Source: an uncultured archaeon
GTDB taxonomy: Archaea; Asgardarchaeota; Lokiarchaeia; Sigyniarchaeales; SOKP01
Length of the DNA: 18,738 nt
NCBI GenBank assembly: GCA_964508365.1
Contig: CAZDTP010000065.1
Location: 1-18,738, forward strand
Direction of reading: 5' to 3'
Positions 1-7,819 of the stretch are shown here, in pieces (position 1 is the stretch's first letter; every line of letters begins with the position of its first letter). Made by a program: the position numbers and the translations under genes. A model generated the notes under the pieces. The model saw only the letters and a list, made by a program, of their open reading frames with translations. It was not told where the DNA came from and made no database searches.

Positions 1-386
1 ACAATCGCTGTATCGCTCAAATTTCGCGTAGGAATAACAGCAATTCCCGATTTATAAGCAATTTTAGCGAGTGCACCATATATGGATTCGATCTTCATTC
101 CAGTATTTTCAAATACATTATCATTCAGACCCTCTAAAACGAGTATTGGCGTAGAATATGTTTCCTTTAAGCGAAGACATTGCTCAAATAGGCGATTATC
201 CATAATTGAAGAGACAAAATCAAAACCTTCTTTTCTTTCGATCGCCACATCTTCAGTAATGACAATATCAGCAATATCAAGCTGTTTTGCTTTGAATTTA
301 ATATTAGGATGTTTTTCTTCTAGTAATGCCATTAATTTTCTTTCCCTATTATCAATAATAATCTCTAAATTGCTTGATTGGTTCAT
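1..386 (-). CDS. XPF/ERCC4-family structure-specific endonuclease (5' part; runs off the left edge of the window)
   Basis: Not in the ORF track. Manual translation from ATG at 386 gives MNQSSNLEIIIDNRERKLMALLEEKHPNIKFKAKQLDIADIVITEDVAIERKEGFDFVSSIMDNRLFEQCLRLKETYSTPILVLEG... This contains the ERCC4 motifs IIDxRE, L(D)xADxVI and ERKxxxD, plus SIxDxRLFEQ. The frame stays open to the window edge. Confidence 0.9.
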   Translation of the reverse strand, partial: MNQSSNLEIIIDNRERKLMALLEEKHPNIKFKAKQLDIADIVITEDVAIERKEGFDFVSSIMDNRLFEQCLRLKETYSTPILVLEGLNDNVFENTGMKIESIYGALAKIAYKSGIAVIPTRNLSDTAI

Positions 387-509
387 ATTTATCTCAGCTG
401 GTAATAATTAAGGTGTTTTATATAAACTAAATTCTTTTTTAATTATTTGATAGTAATTAACCTTTAAAAATAAAAAATAATTCGTATATATTTAAAGATT
501 GAAGGGTAT

Positions 510-1052
510 CTATTTATCTTGAAAATTTACCAAATCTACGTTTCGATTGAGGTAATCCCAAATCTTTTTTACGCTAAATAGTTTATTTCCGACCAAAATG
601 GATAGTAAAATTAAAATCCCGCCAATTTCAGTTAAATAAACTAAAGGGTCATTAAATAGTTTGTAAAACCAATACAATAAAGGATCCTCGATAATTACGA
701 AATCATATGTGATAAACGGAAAGAATAAGGGAACCTCAGGTAAGTCTAATGCTAAATGAGTGACCATTCCAATTAAAAACGGGAGAGAAATGGAACTTTT
801 TCTCTTTGTTGCTATATGTAAAATGATAAAACATAACATGATAAATAAAATGGTATGTGAGATTCCTCTACCAGAACCAAGGCTTAAGAATAACATTGGT
901 TTATCAATAATATCCGGAAATAATGAACCAATTATTAGAGCAAGTCTATTAAATTCGAATCTCTTTTTAATTAATGGCAGTTCAAAGATTATAAGTGGAA
1001 CAGCTATGTGAAATAATAGAAAAATCCTTAGATCCCCCCTCTTAAAATCCAT
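510..1052 (-). CDS. YdjM-like membrane-bound metal-dependent hydrolase family protein
   Basis: Hydrophobic 180-aa protein with the family pattern: N-terminal H (FHIAV), GSLFPDIIDKP, GRGISHT and THLALD. Confidence 0.75.
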   Translation of the reverse strand: MDFKRGDLRIFLLFHIAVPLIIFELPLIKKRFEFNRLALIIGSLFPDIIDKPMLFLSLGSGRGISHTILFIMLCFIILHIATKRKSSISLPFLIGMVTHLALDLPEVPLFFPFITYDFVIIEDPLLYWFYKLFNDPLVYLTEIGGILILLSILVGNKLFSVKKIWDYLNRNVDLVNFQDK

Positions 1053-1204
1053 ATAATAACTGGATTAATTGAATAATTTCAGGTAAGAAAAATAATATAA
1101 TTAATACGAACGCAACTTCTATTGATACTTTTAGTGCTCGTTTTAACAAGTAAGGATAGGAAATAGTTTTTTCTTCAGTCATAATTTAAACTTTTTGCCT
1201 TTAT

Positions 1205-1999
1205 TCAATACTCTTTTAGGACTTCCTCAACAGTGTAATTTAGATGCACGATTTTAGAAAGAGCACTAACGATTTTGGTCGGGTCTTTTGCTTGGAATAC
1301 ATTTCTCCCAAATGCAACACCCGCGCCTCCTGCTTGTATAGAATCATGAACCAATTGAAGTAATTCAGGAATTGTGTCTGTTTTAGGACCACCCGCTATA
1401 ATAACAGGGACATTAACGCTCTTTACGATATATTTGAAGGAATCTATATCTCCCGTGTAGTTTGATTTAATAATATCTGCTCCTAGTTCCGCACCAGCTC
1501 TTACTGCAATATTCACAACATCTGGAGCATTCTCGTCAGCAATTTTTTTCCCCCGAGGGTATACCATTGCCAATAGTGGTACACCCCATTCTCTTGAGGA
1601 TTCAATTATTCGTTGAGCATCCTGAAGCATTTCTGGTTCTTCGTCTGCTCCTATATTGATATGAATTGAAACCCCATCAGCACCCATTTTTAGAGCTCGT
1701 TCTACGGAGCATACTATTACTTTTTTATTCGGATCAGGTGCCAAGCTAGTTGCACCAGATAGATGAATAATTAATCCGATATCTTTTCCATATTGCCTGT
1801 GACCCGCTCCAACCATACCAGAGTGTTCAATTACAGCGTTAGCGCCTCCTAAAGCAACTTTATCAACCATATCAGCTAAGTTCTCCAATCCTTTAATAGT
1901 TCCTACGGTTAAGCCATGATCCATAGGGATCATTATAGTTTTTTTGCTTTTTCTATCGAATAATCGCTCAAGTCTAATACTCTTTCCTATGTTTGCCAT
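1205..1999 (-). CDS. aroA': DhnA-type class I aldolase, most likely 2-amino-3,7-dideoxy-D-threo-hept-6-ulosonate (ADH) synthase
   Basis: Motifs [31 protein letters not shown] (Schiff-base Lys), IAGGPK and AFGRNVFQ. The HLSxxT segment favours the MJ0400-type ADH synthase over archaeal FBP aldolase. Confidence 0.75.
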   Translation of the reverse strand: MANIGKSIRLERLFDRKSKKTIMIPMDHGLTVGTIKGLENLADMVDKVALGGANAVIEHSGMVGAGHRQYGKDIGLIIHLSGATSLAPDPNKKVIVCSVERALKMGADGVSIHINIGADEEPEMLQDAQRIIESSREWGVPLLAMVYPRGKKIADENAPDVVNIAVRAGAELGADIIKSNYTGDIDSFKYIVKSVNVPVIIAGGPKTDTIPELLQLVHDSIQAGGAGVAFGRNVFQAKDPTKIVSALSKIVHLNYTVEEVLKEY

Positions 2000-2089
2000 A
2001 ATTATAATTCAAATTGAGAGATTTTTAAGTTATTGATTATAAATGACAATAGAAATATAAAATTATACCTCTGATGGTTTAGAATTAAA

Positions 2090-3661
2090 TCACCAAGGTT
2101 TTTTTATCGCCGTAGCTCTACTCATTTCAGATTCATAGGGATGATCTAAATTGTAATGGATTCCCCGGCTTTCTTTGCGTGAGATAGCGCTTACAATTAT
2201 AATTTTAGCCACTGTAGCTAAATTTCTAAGTTCAACGAGATTTTTTTCTAACTTAAAATCCCAATAATATTGATTGATTTCATCTTGCAACATGTTAATC
2301 CTTTTTTTAGCACGCTGAAGCCGCTTATCAGTGCGGACTATTCCTACATAATTCCACATGAATCTTCTTATTTCATCCCAGTTTTGTGTAATAATAACCG
2401 CTTCTGTTGATGGAACAGCGTGTCCTGGTTCCCATTGCTTAAATTCTTTAATTTTTAAATCAGAAGATAATGATGCTAAAGTTTCGGCACACTCATGAGC
2501 GCAAACTACTCCTTCAAGCAGAGAATTACTTGCCAAACGATTCGCACCGTGAAGACCCGTACAAGCAGATTCACCTATGACATAAAGATTCTTTACCTCT
2601 GTAGATCCATCAACTCCTGCCATTACGCCTCCGCAACAGTAGTGAGCTGCAGGGACGACAGGTATAGGGTTCTTGGTTATGTCAATATTAAACTTTAGGC
2701 ATGTGTCGTATACTCCAGGGAAATGGCTTTTGATAAAGCTTGGTGATTTGTACGAAGCGATATCTAAATAAACATAATCATCTCCAGTTTTCTTGAGTTC
2801 CGCGTCTATAGCTCTTGAAACGATGTCTCTTGGGGCTAAATCTTTAGAAGGGTGGTAGTCTTGCATGAACTCTTTACCTCGAACATTTTTCAAAATTGCT
2901 CCTTCTCCTCGCATCGCCTCTGTAATTAAAAAAGATTTGGCATAAGGATGGTAAAGGCAAGTAGGATGGAATTGATAAAATTCCATGTTCGATATGGTCG
3001 CTCCAGCACGATATGCCATTGCGATTCCATCTCCTGACGCTATATCTGGGTTAGTGGTATAAAGATAAATCTTACCCGCACCACCCGTTGCCAATATAGT
3101 TGCTTTCGCAGCGATATTATGGATAACATCATTCTCCTGATCTAATACATAAGCCCCGAAACATTTAAAATTATCAGCAAATAGATTGATCGCACACCAG
3201 TGTTCTTTAATTTCTAAATTCTTTATTTTTTTTACATTATCAATAAGATGCTTCTCTATGTTTTGTCCTGTCTGGTCATTTACGTGAAGAATTCTTCTTT
3301 CCGAGTGTCCGCCTTCTTTACCAAGGTCATAATTTCCAGCATCATTTCTCGTGAATTGAACTCCTATTTCAATTAATTCATTTATTCTTTCTGGTGCTTG
3401 AGTTAAAATTTTTCTTACTACTTTTTCATTACAAAGTCCAGCTCCAGCACTTAAAGTGTCTTGAATGTGTTTCTCAAAGTTATCACTATCATTCCAAACG
3501 CACGCGATACCTCCTTGAGCATAATACGTACTTCCCTCTTCTAAGTTCTCTTTAGTAATTAGTAATATTTTATCATCTGGGGAAAGATGCGCTAATTTTT
3601 TTGCCAATGATAACCCAGAGATACCTCCACCTATAATAAGAAAATCTGTATTAGTATTCAA
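2090..3661 (-). CDS. nadB: L-aspartate oxidase
   Basis: FAD motif IIGGGISG, STYYAQGGIA, KEGGHSERRILH, QFHPT, LITEAMRGEG, DLAPRDIVSR, AHYCCGG, GLHGANRLASNSLLEG and C-terminal RKESRGIHY. Confidence 0.95.
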   Translation of the reverse strand: MNTNTDFLIIGGGISGLSLAKKLAHLSPDDKILLITKENLEEGSTYYAQGGIACVWNDSDNFEKHIQDTLSAGAGLCNEKVVRKILTQAPERINELIEIGVQFTRNDAGNYDLGKEGGHSERRILHVNDQTGQNIEKHLIDNVKKIKNLEIKEHWCAINLFADNFKCFGAYVLDQENDVIHNIAAKATILATGGAGKIYLYTTNPDIASGDGIAMAYRAGATISNMEFYQFHPTCLYHPYAKSFLITEAMRGEGAILKNVRGKEFMQDYHPSKDLAPRDIVSRAIDAELKKTGDDYVYLDIASYKSPSFIKSHFPGVYDTCLKFNIDITKNPIPVVPAAHYCCGGVMAGVDGSTEVKNLYVIGESACTGLHGANRLASNSLLEGVVCAHECAETLASLSSDLKIKEFKQWEPGHAVPSTEAVIITQNWDEIRRFMWNYVGIVRTDKRLQRAKKRINMLQDEINQYYWDFKLEKNLVELRNLATVAKIIIVSAISRKESRGIHYNLDHPYESEMSRATAIKKPW

Positions 3662-3864
3662 GAGATTCGTGTGTTTTAATCAATCAATAAAGTATTTATT
3701 ATGAGATCATAATCAAATTATTATTATAGAAAAGTTGTAATTGTTTTTGAAGTTACTACTTATTAGGGGGAATATTTCGAGAAAAATTATGCCAATGCCA
3801 ACCTTAAAGACCAGATTTTCTTCCAATTTTTTATTAAATTAAGATCAGAAAGTAAAGCACTAAA

Positions 3865-3880
3865 ACATATTTAAATATGT
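3865..3880. promoter_or_regulatory. Perfect 16-bp palindrome containing a TATA-like box, upstream of the surface-protein gene
   Basis: ACATATTTAAATATGT is its own reverse complement. The TTTAAATA core lies about 35-45 bp upstream of the GTG at 3913, in the divergent nadB / surface-gene intergenic region. Confidence 0.45.
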
Positions 3881-3912
3881 AAGAACCTACTATATATTAT
3901 AACATTCGAGGA

Positions 3913-6900
3913 GTGGTGAATTCTTTGAATAAAAAATCAAACAAGAAAAATAAAATTGTCTCATTTTTAATAATATTATTTCTCATATCTGGATTTCTAC
4001 AAATTACTAGTTTTTCTCAAGATAATCAGATACTTACTGATAAAAGCTTATTTAATGAGAAAATTCCCAATAATATAAATAAAGCTTCATTTATTGGATC
4101 AGATTGGGAGATTGGTAGAGGTACTGGAAAAATAGCTACAATAAATAAACCATCTGGAACTCAAGAAGGAGATTTATTAATTTTACATTGCACTATTGAT
4201 GGTACAGCTGATCGTATGACCGGACCGGTTGGTTGGAATGTTCTTCTGCCGGAAAATTATAGCGTTGATCCAACAACCGCATCATGGTATAAAATTGCTG
4301 GTGATTCAGAACCTATTAATTATGTTGTCACTTGGGGCTCTAATGAGGGTTATGTTGCTGGAGTTATAAGAGTTACGGGATACGACAGAACTAATCCGAT
4401 TCAGGCAATAGCTACTGCTAATGGAGACATAGATGTTGTTAATCCCTCAGTAAATATTACCAAAAATAATACTTTAATTATTGGATTTCATGGACTAGAC
4501 AGAGAATACACTGGAGATGATTATGGCGGTACTTTTCTTGAAACAGGACCTACAGTATTATATGCAAAAATAGCTGGAGTGGGCCAACAAGGTTGTAGTG
4601 CGGGAGTTTACTATGAAATTCAAGCAAATCAAGGAATCTCTCAAAGCCGAACTTGGAGTACAGGTGGTAGTGAGGACTGGTATGCTGCAACTATAGCAAT
4701 AAACTTAAATGTGCCACTTATCAATATTGTAAGTCCTACAGAGAATGAAATTTTTGGAGTTATGGCTCCGAATTTCACCGTTGAAATCACAGATCCGAAT
4801 TTAGATACCATGTTGTATACTATGGATGGAGGATTAAACAACTATACATTTACCGAGAATGAAACAATTAATCAAGGGGCGTGGACTGCCTTACCAGATG
4901 GAGTAGGTACAATTAGATTTTATGCTAACAACACTTTAGGAGACATTAATTTCGAGCAAGTAAATGTAATAAAGGATGCTTCAGCACCAATTATTAATAT
5001 TGTAAGCCCTGTAGAGAACGAAATTTTTGGAGTTGATGCTCCGAGTTTCATTGTGGAGATTACAGATTCGAATTTAGATGCGATGTGGTATGCGATATTT
5101 AACGGAACCTATGTATCACAGAATAGAACATTTGCTGTAAATGGAACAATTGATCCAACGGAATGGGGTGCATTATATGATGGGGATTATGTTATTAGAT
5201 TTTATGCTAATGATACTCTTGGAAATATTAATTTTGAGGAAGTTAATGTAAGAAAAGACGTTGATGCAATTATTATCAATATTTTTAGTCCAACAGAGAA
5301 TGAAATTTTTGGAGTTAACGCACCGAGTTTTATTGTTGAAATTACCGATATGAATTTAGATACTACATGGTATACTGTGAATGGCGGATTGAACAACTAC
5401 ACATTTACTGAGAATGGAACAATTAATCAAGCAGCTTGGAGTGCATTGTCGGATGGAGTACTTACTCTTAGATTCTACGCTAACAATACTTCAGGGGTTA
5501 TTTATTTCAAGCAAGTAAATGTAAGAAAGGATAGCACAGCACCTAATATCAATATTATTAGCCCTGTTGAAAACGAAATTTTCGGTGTTGATGCTCCGAG
5601 TTTCATTGTGGAGATTACAGATTCGAATTTAGATGCGATGTGGTATGCGATATTTAACGGAACCTATGTATCACAGAATAGAACATTTGCTGTAAATGGA
5701 ACAATTGATCCAACGGAATGGGGTGCATTATATAATGGAACATATACTATTAGATTTTACGCCAACAATTCTTTAGGAAATATTAATTTTGAAGAAGTAG
5801 TTGTAATAAAAGACATTTATGCAATTATTATCAATATTCTTAGTCCAACAGAAAATGAAGTTTTTGGAGTTAACGCACCGAGTTTCACCGTTGAAATCAC
5901 AGGTCCGAATTTAAATACAACCTGGTACACCTTAGACGGAGCATTAAAAGAATATCTATTTACGGTAAATGAGACTATTAATCAAACAGCATGGGATGCA
6001 TTACCAGATGGAATAGTTACTATTAGTTTCTACACTAACAACACTTCAGGGGATATTTATTTCAAACAAGTAAATGTAATAAAGGATACTTCAGCTCCAG
6101 TAATTAATATTGTAAGTCCTGTTGTGAATGAAATTTTTGGAGTTAGTCCTCCGAATTTCATTGTAGAATTTACAGATATGAATTTAGATGCGATGTGGTA
6201 TTGGATATTCAATAGTACTTATCAATCGTTAAATATTACATTTACAGAGAATGAAACTATTGATCCAACGGAATGGGATGCATTATCAAATGGAGAATAT
6301 ACAATTAGATTTTACGCTAACGATACTTTAGGAAATATCAACTTTAGCGGAGTAAATGTAACCAAAGATATATATGCAATCTTTATCGATATCATAAGCC
6401 CACTAGATGATGATATGTTTGGTGTTGACGCCCCGAGTTTTAATGTTGAAATTTCGAGTGCTTTTTTAAATACTACATGGTACACCCTAGACGAAGGACT
6501 AAACAATTACATTTTTACTGAAAATGGAACTATTAATGAAGCAGCATGGGATACATTACCAGATGGTGTAGTTAGAATGAGATTTTATGCTAACAACACC
6601 TTAGGAGACATCAAATTCGCGATAGTAAATGTGATGAAAGATGGCTCCCCACCAATTATCAATATTACCTACCCTACAGAGAATCAAGTTTTCGGAGTTG
6701 ACGCTCCAAGTTTTTCCGTTGATATTGTTGATCCGAATTTAGATTCTATGTGGTATACGGTAAATAGCAGTGCTATTAAATTTATTTTTACTCAAGATGG
6801 TGGAATTGATCAAACAACATGGGATGCTCTAGCAGATGGAGATGTTCTTCTCACTTTTTATGCTAATGATACCTTGGGAAATTTAGCATCTGAGGATATT

Positions 6901-7089
6901 ATTATTAGAAAGAGTACTCCAAGCGAACCAGAACCAGAACCCGACATAACTCTAATTATTGTTCTCGTTTCTATAATTGGGGGAATAGCCGCAGCTGTAG
7001 TAGTATTGGGAGTTCTCATTAAAAAAGGAAAAATTTCATTAGAAAAATTATCAATAAGAAAACCATCAACAGAAAAAACTGAAGCTTAA
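3913..7089 (+). CDS. Large membrane-anchored cell-surface glycoprotein with eight Ig-like repeats
   Basis: Lys-rich n-region and hydrophobic h-region (signal peptide). Then a ~200-aa beta-rich N-terminal domain, eight 91-94 aa repeats rich in N-x-S/T sequons, a PSEPEPEPD linker, a C-terminal TM helix (ITLIIVLVSIIGGIAAAVVVLGVLI) and a basic tail. GAGGAG lies next to GTG starts at 3913/3916. Confidence 0.85.
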   Translation: MVNSLNKKSNKKNKIVSFLIILFLISGFLQITSFSQDNQILTDKSLFNEKIPNNINKASFIGSDWEIGRGTGKIATINKPSGTQEGDLLILHCTIDGTADRMTGPVGWNVLLPENYSVDPTTASWYKIAGDSEPINYVVTWGSNEGYVAGVIRVTGYDRTNPIQAIATANGDIDVVNPSVNITKNNTLIIGFHGLDREYTGDDYGGTFLETGPTVLYAKIAGVGQQGCSAGVYYEIQANQGISQSRTWSTGGSEDWYAATIAINLNVPLINIVSPTENEIFGVMAPNFTVEITDPNLDTMLYTMDGGLNNYTFTENETINQGAWTALPDGVGTIRFYANNTLGDINFEQVNVIKDASAPIINIVSPVENEIFGVDAPSFIVEITDSNLDAMWYAIFNGTYVSQNRTFAVNGTIDPTEWGALYDGDYVIRFYANDTLGNINFEEVNVRKDVDAIIINIFSPTENEIFGVNAPSFIVEITDMNLDTTWYTVNGGLNNYTFTENGTINQAAWSALSDGVLTLRFYANNTSGVIYFKQVNVRKDSTAPNINIISPVENEIFGVDAPSFIVEITDSNLDAMWYAIFNGTYVSQNRTFAVNGTIDPTEWGALYNGTYTIRFYANNSLGNINFEEVVVIKDIYAIIINILSPTENEVFGVNAPSFTVEITGPNLNTTWYTLDGALKEYLFTVNETINQTAWDALPDGIVTISFYTNNTSGDIYFKQVNVIKDTSAPVINIVSPVVNEIFGVSPPNFIVEFTDMNLDAMWYWIFNSTYQSLNITFTENETIDPTEWDALSNGEYTIRFYANDTLGNINFSGVNVTKDIYAIFIDIISPLDDDMFGVDAPSFNVEISSAFLNTTWYTLDEGLNNYIFTENGTINEAAWDTLPDGVVRMRFYANNTLGDIKFAIVNVMKDGSPPIINITYPTENQVFGVDAPSFSVDIVDPNLDSMWYTVNSSAIKFIFTQDGGIDQTTWDALADGDVLLTFYANDTLGNLASEDIIIRKSTPSEPEPEPDITLIIVLVSIIGGIAAAVVVLGVLIKKGKISLEKLSIRKPSTEKTEA
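4717..6912 (+). repeat. Eight tandem intragenic domain repeats, alternating A/B types (about 273/282 bp)
   Basis: Each unit reads xINIxSPxENExFGVxAPxFxVEIxDxNLDxxWY...W.AL.DG...IxFYANxTLG.I.F..VxVxKD. Units 1, 3, 5 and 7 are about 91 aa and units 2, 4 and 6 are about 94 aa. Unit 8 is more divergent. Confidence 0.9.
5032..5733 (+). repeat. Exact 147-bp direct repeat pair (5032-5178 and 5587-5733)
   Basis: Base-by-base comparison shows GTTGATGCTCCGAGTTTC...GGGGTGCATTATAT identical in both copies, offset by 555 bp (one A+B unit). Confidence 0.92.
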
Positions 7090-7116
7090 AAACTTTCAAT
7101 AAATACCTAAAAAACC

Positions 7117-7126
7117 TTTTTTTTTT
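7117..7126 (+). terminator. Oligo-T tract, probable archaeal intrinsic terminator
   Basis: T10 run about 28 bp after the surface-protein stop codon. Confidence 0.45.
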
Positions 7127-7267
7127 ATAATTTAACTCTCATCTGTAATTTCTTAATCGAAATTTTTTTTTAAGATTTTACATTCCCAAACCTAATTTAC
7201 CATCAATTTAAAATCGTTTAAAATTTAGATGGTTATCTACAAATTTTGTTTTGCAATTCTTAGATGA

Positions 7268-7768
7268 ATGACAAAAATTGAAAATGTACTATATATTTGC
7301 AGCGGCAATACATGCAGAAGCCCATTTGCTGAAGCCTTTTCAAAATGGTTTCAAAAGACTAAATACACTCATGAAATAAAGGAGCTCAATTTTGATTCAG
7401 CTGGAATTTACCATTATTATGAGCAACCTCAAGAAGGTACATTAAAATATCTTAAAACTAAGGGGATTGGAATGGATGATTTCCAAGCTAAAGATGCTGA
7501 CGAAGAATTGTTAAATAAACAAGACCTTATTTTAACCTTCGAGGAGAAATACCATATCCGTAAATTAAAAAGAAAGTTTAGAAATATTAAGGATTTAGAT
7601 GGTAAGCTGTTTTTATTATTGAAATTTGCTGGGGAAACTGAAAATTTAGAAATAGAAGATCCTTTTTATTTAGAGGAAAATGAGTACAATAAAATTCTAA
7701 AAAGAATTGAAAATGGGATAATTAAGGCTATCGAGAAAATTATCGAAATAAACATATCTGAAGATTAA
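7268..7768 (+). CDS. Low-molecular-weight phosphatase (LMW-PTP fold), copy 1
   Basis: P-loop CSGNTCRS, FDSAG, QDLILTFE and general-acid loop IEDPFY. Confidence 0.9.
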   Translation: MTKIENVLYICSGNTCRSPFAEAFSKWFQKTKYTHEIKELNFDSAGIYHYYEQPQEGTLKYLKTKGIGMDDFQAKDADEELLNKQDLILTFEEKYHIRKLKRKFRNIKDLDGKLFLLLKFAGETENLEIEDPFYLEENEYNKILKRIENGIIKAIEKIIEINISED

Positions 7769-7819
7769 AAAGAATATGCAGTTTTTTCTCAATTGGTAAA
7801 AATATATCTAAAAATTAAG

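Noticed and set aside
82-411. 109-aa plus-strand ORF
   Set aside because: Antisense shadow of the XPF/ERCC4 gene, which has clear motifs on the minus strand.
760-1011. 83-aa plus-strand ORF
   Set aside because: Lies entirely antisense to the YdjM-like gene and has no motifs.
2495-2698. 67-aa plus-strand ORF
   Set aside because: Antisense to the conserved nadB core.
5032-5733. Repeat pair as a DGR template/variable repeat or CRISPR-like array
   Set aside because: The copies are identical with no adenine-specific mismatches, both are in frame inside one gene, and there is no reverse transcriptase, cas gene or spacer structure.
4641-6506. Three mutually similar minus-strand ORFs (4641-4841, 5202-5396, 6312-6506) that look like a small gene family
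   Set aside because: Their similarity is just the reverse complement of the A-type repeats in the surface-protein gene.
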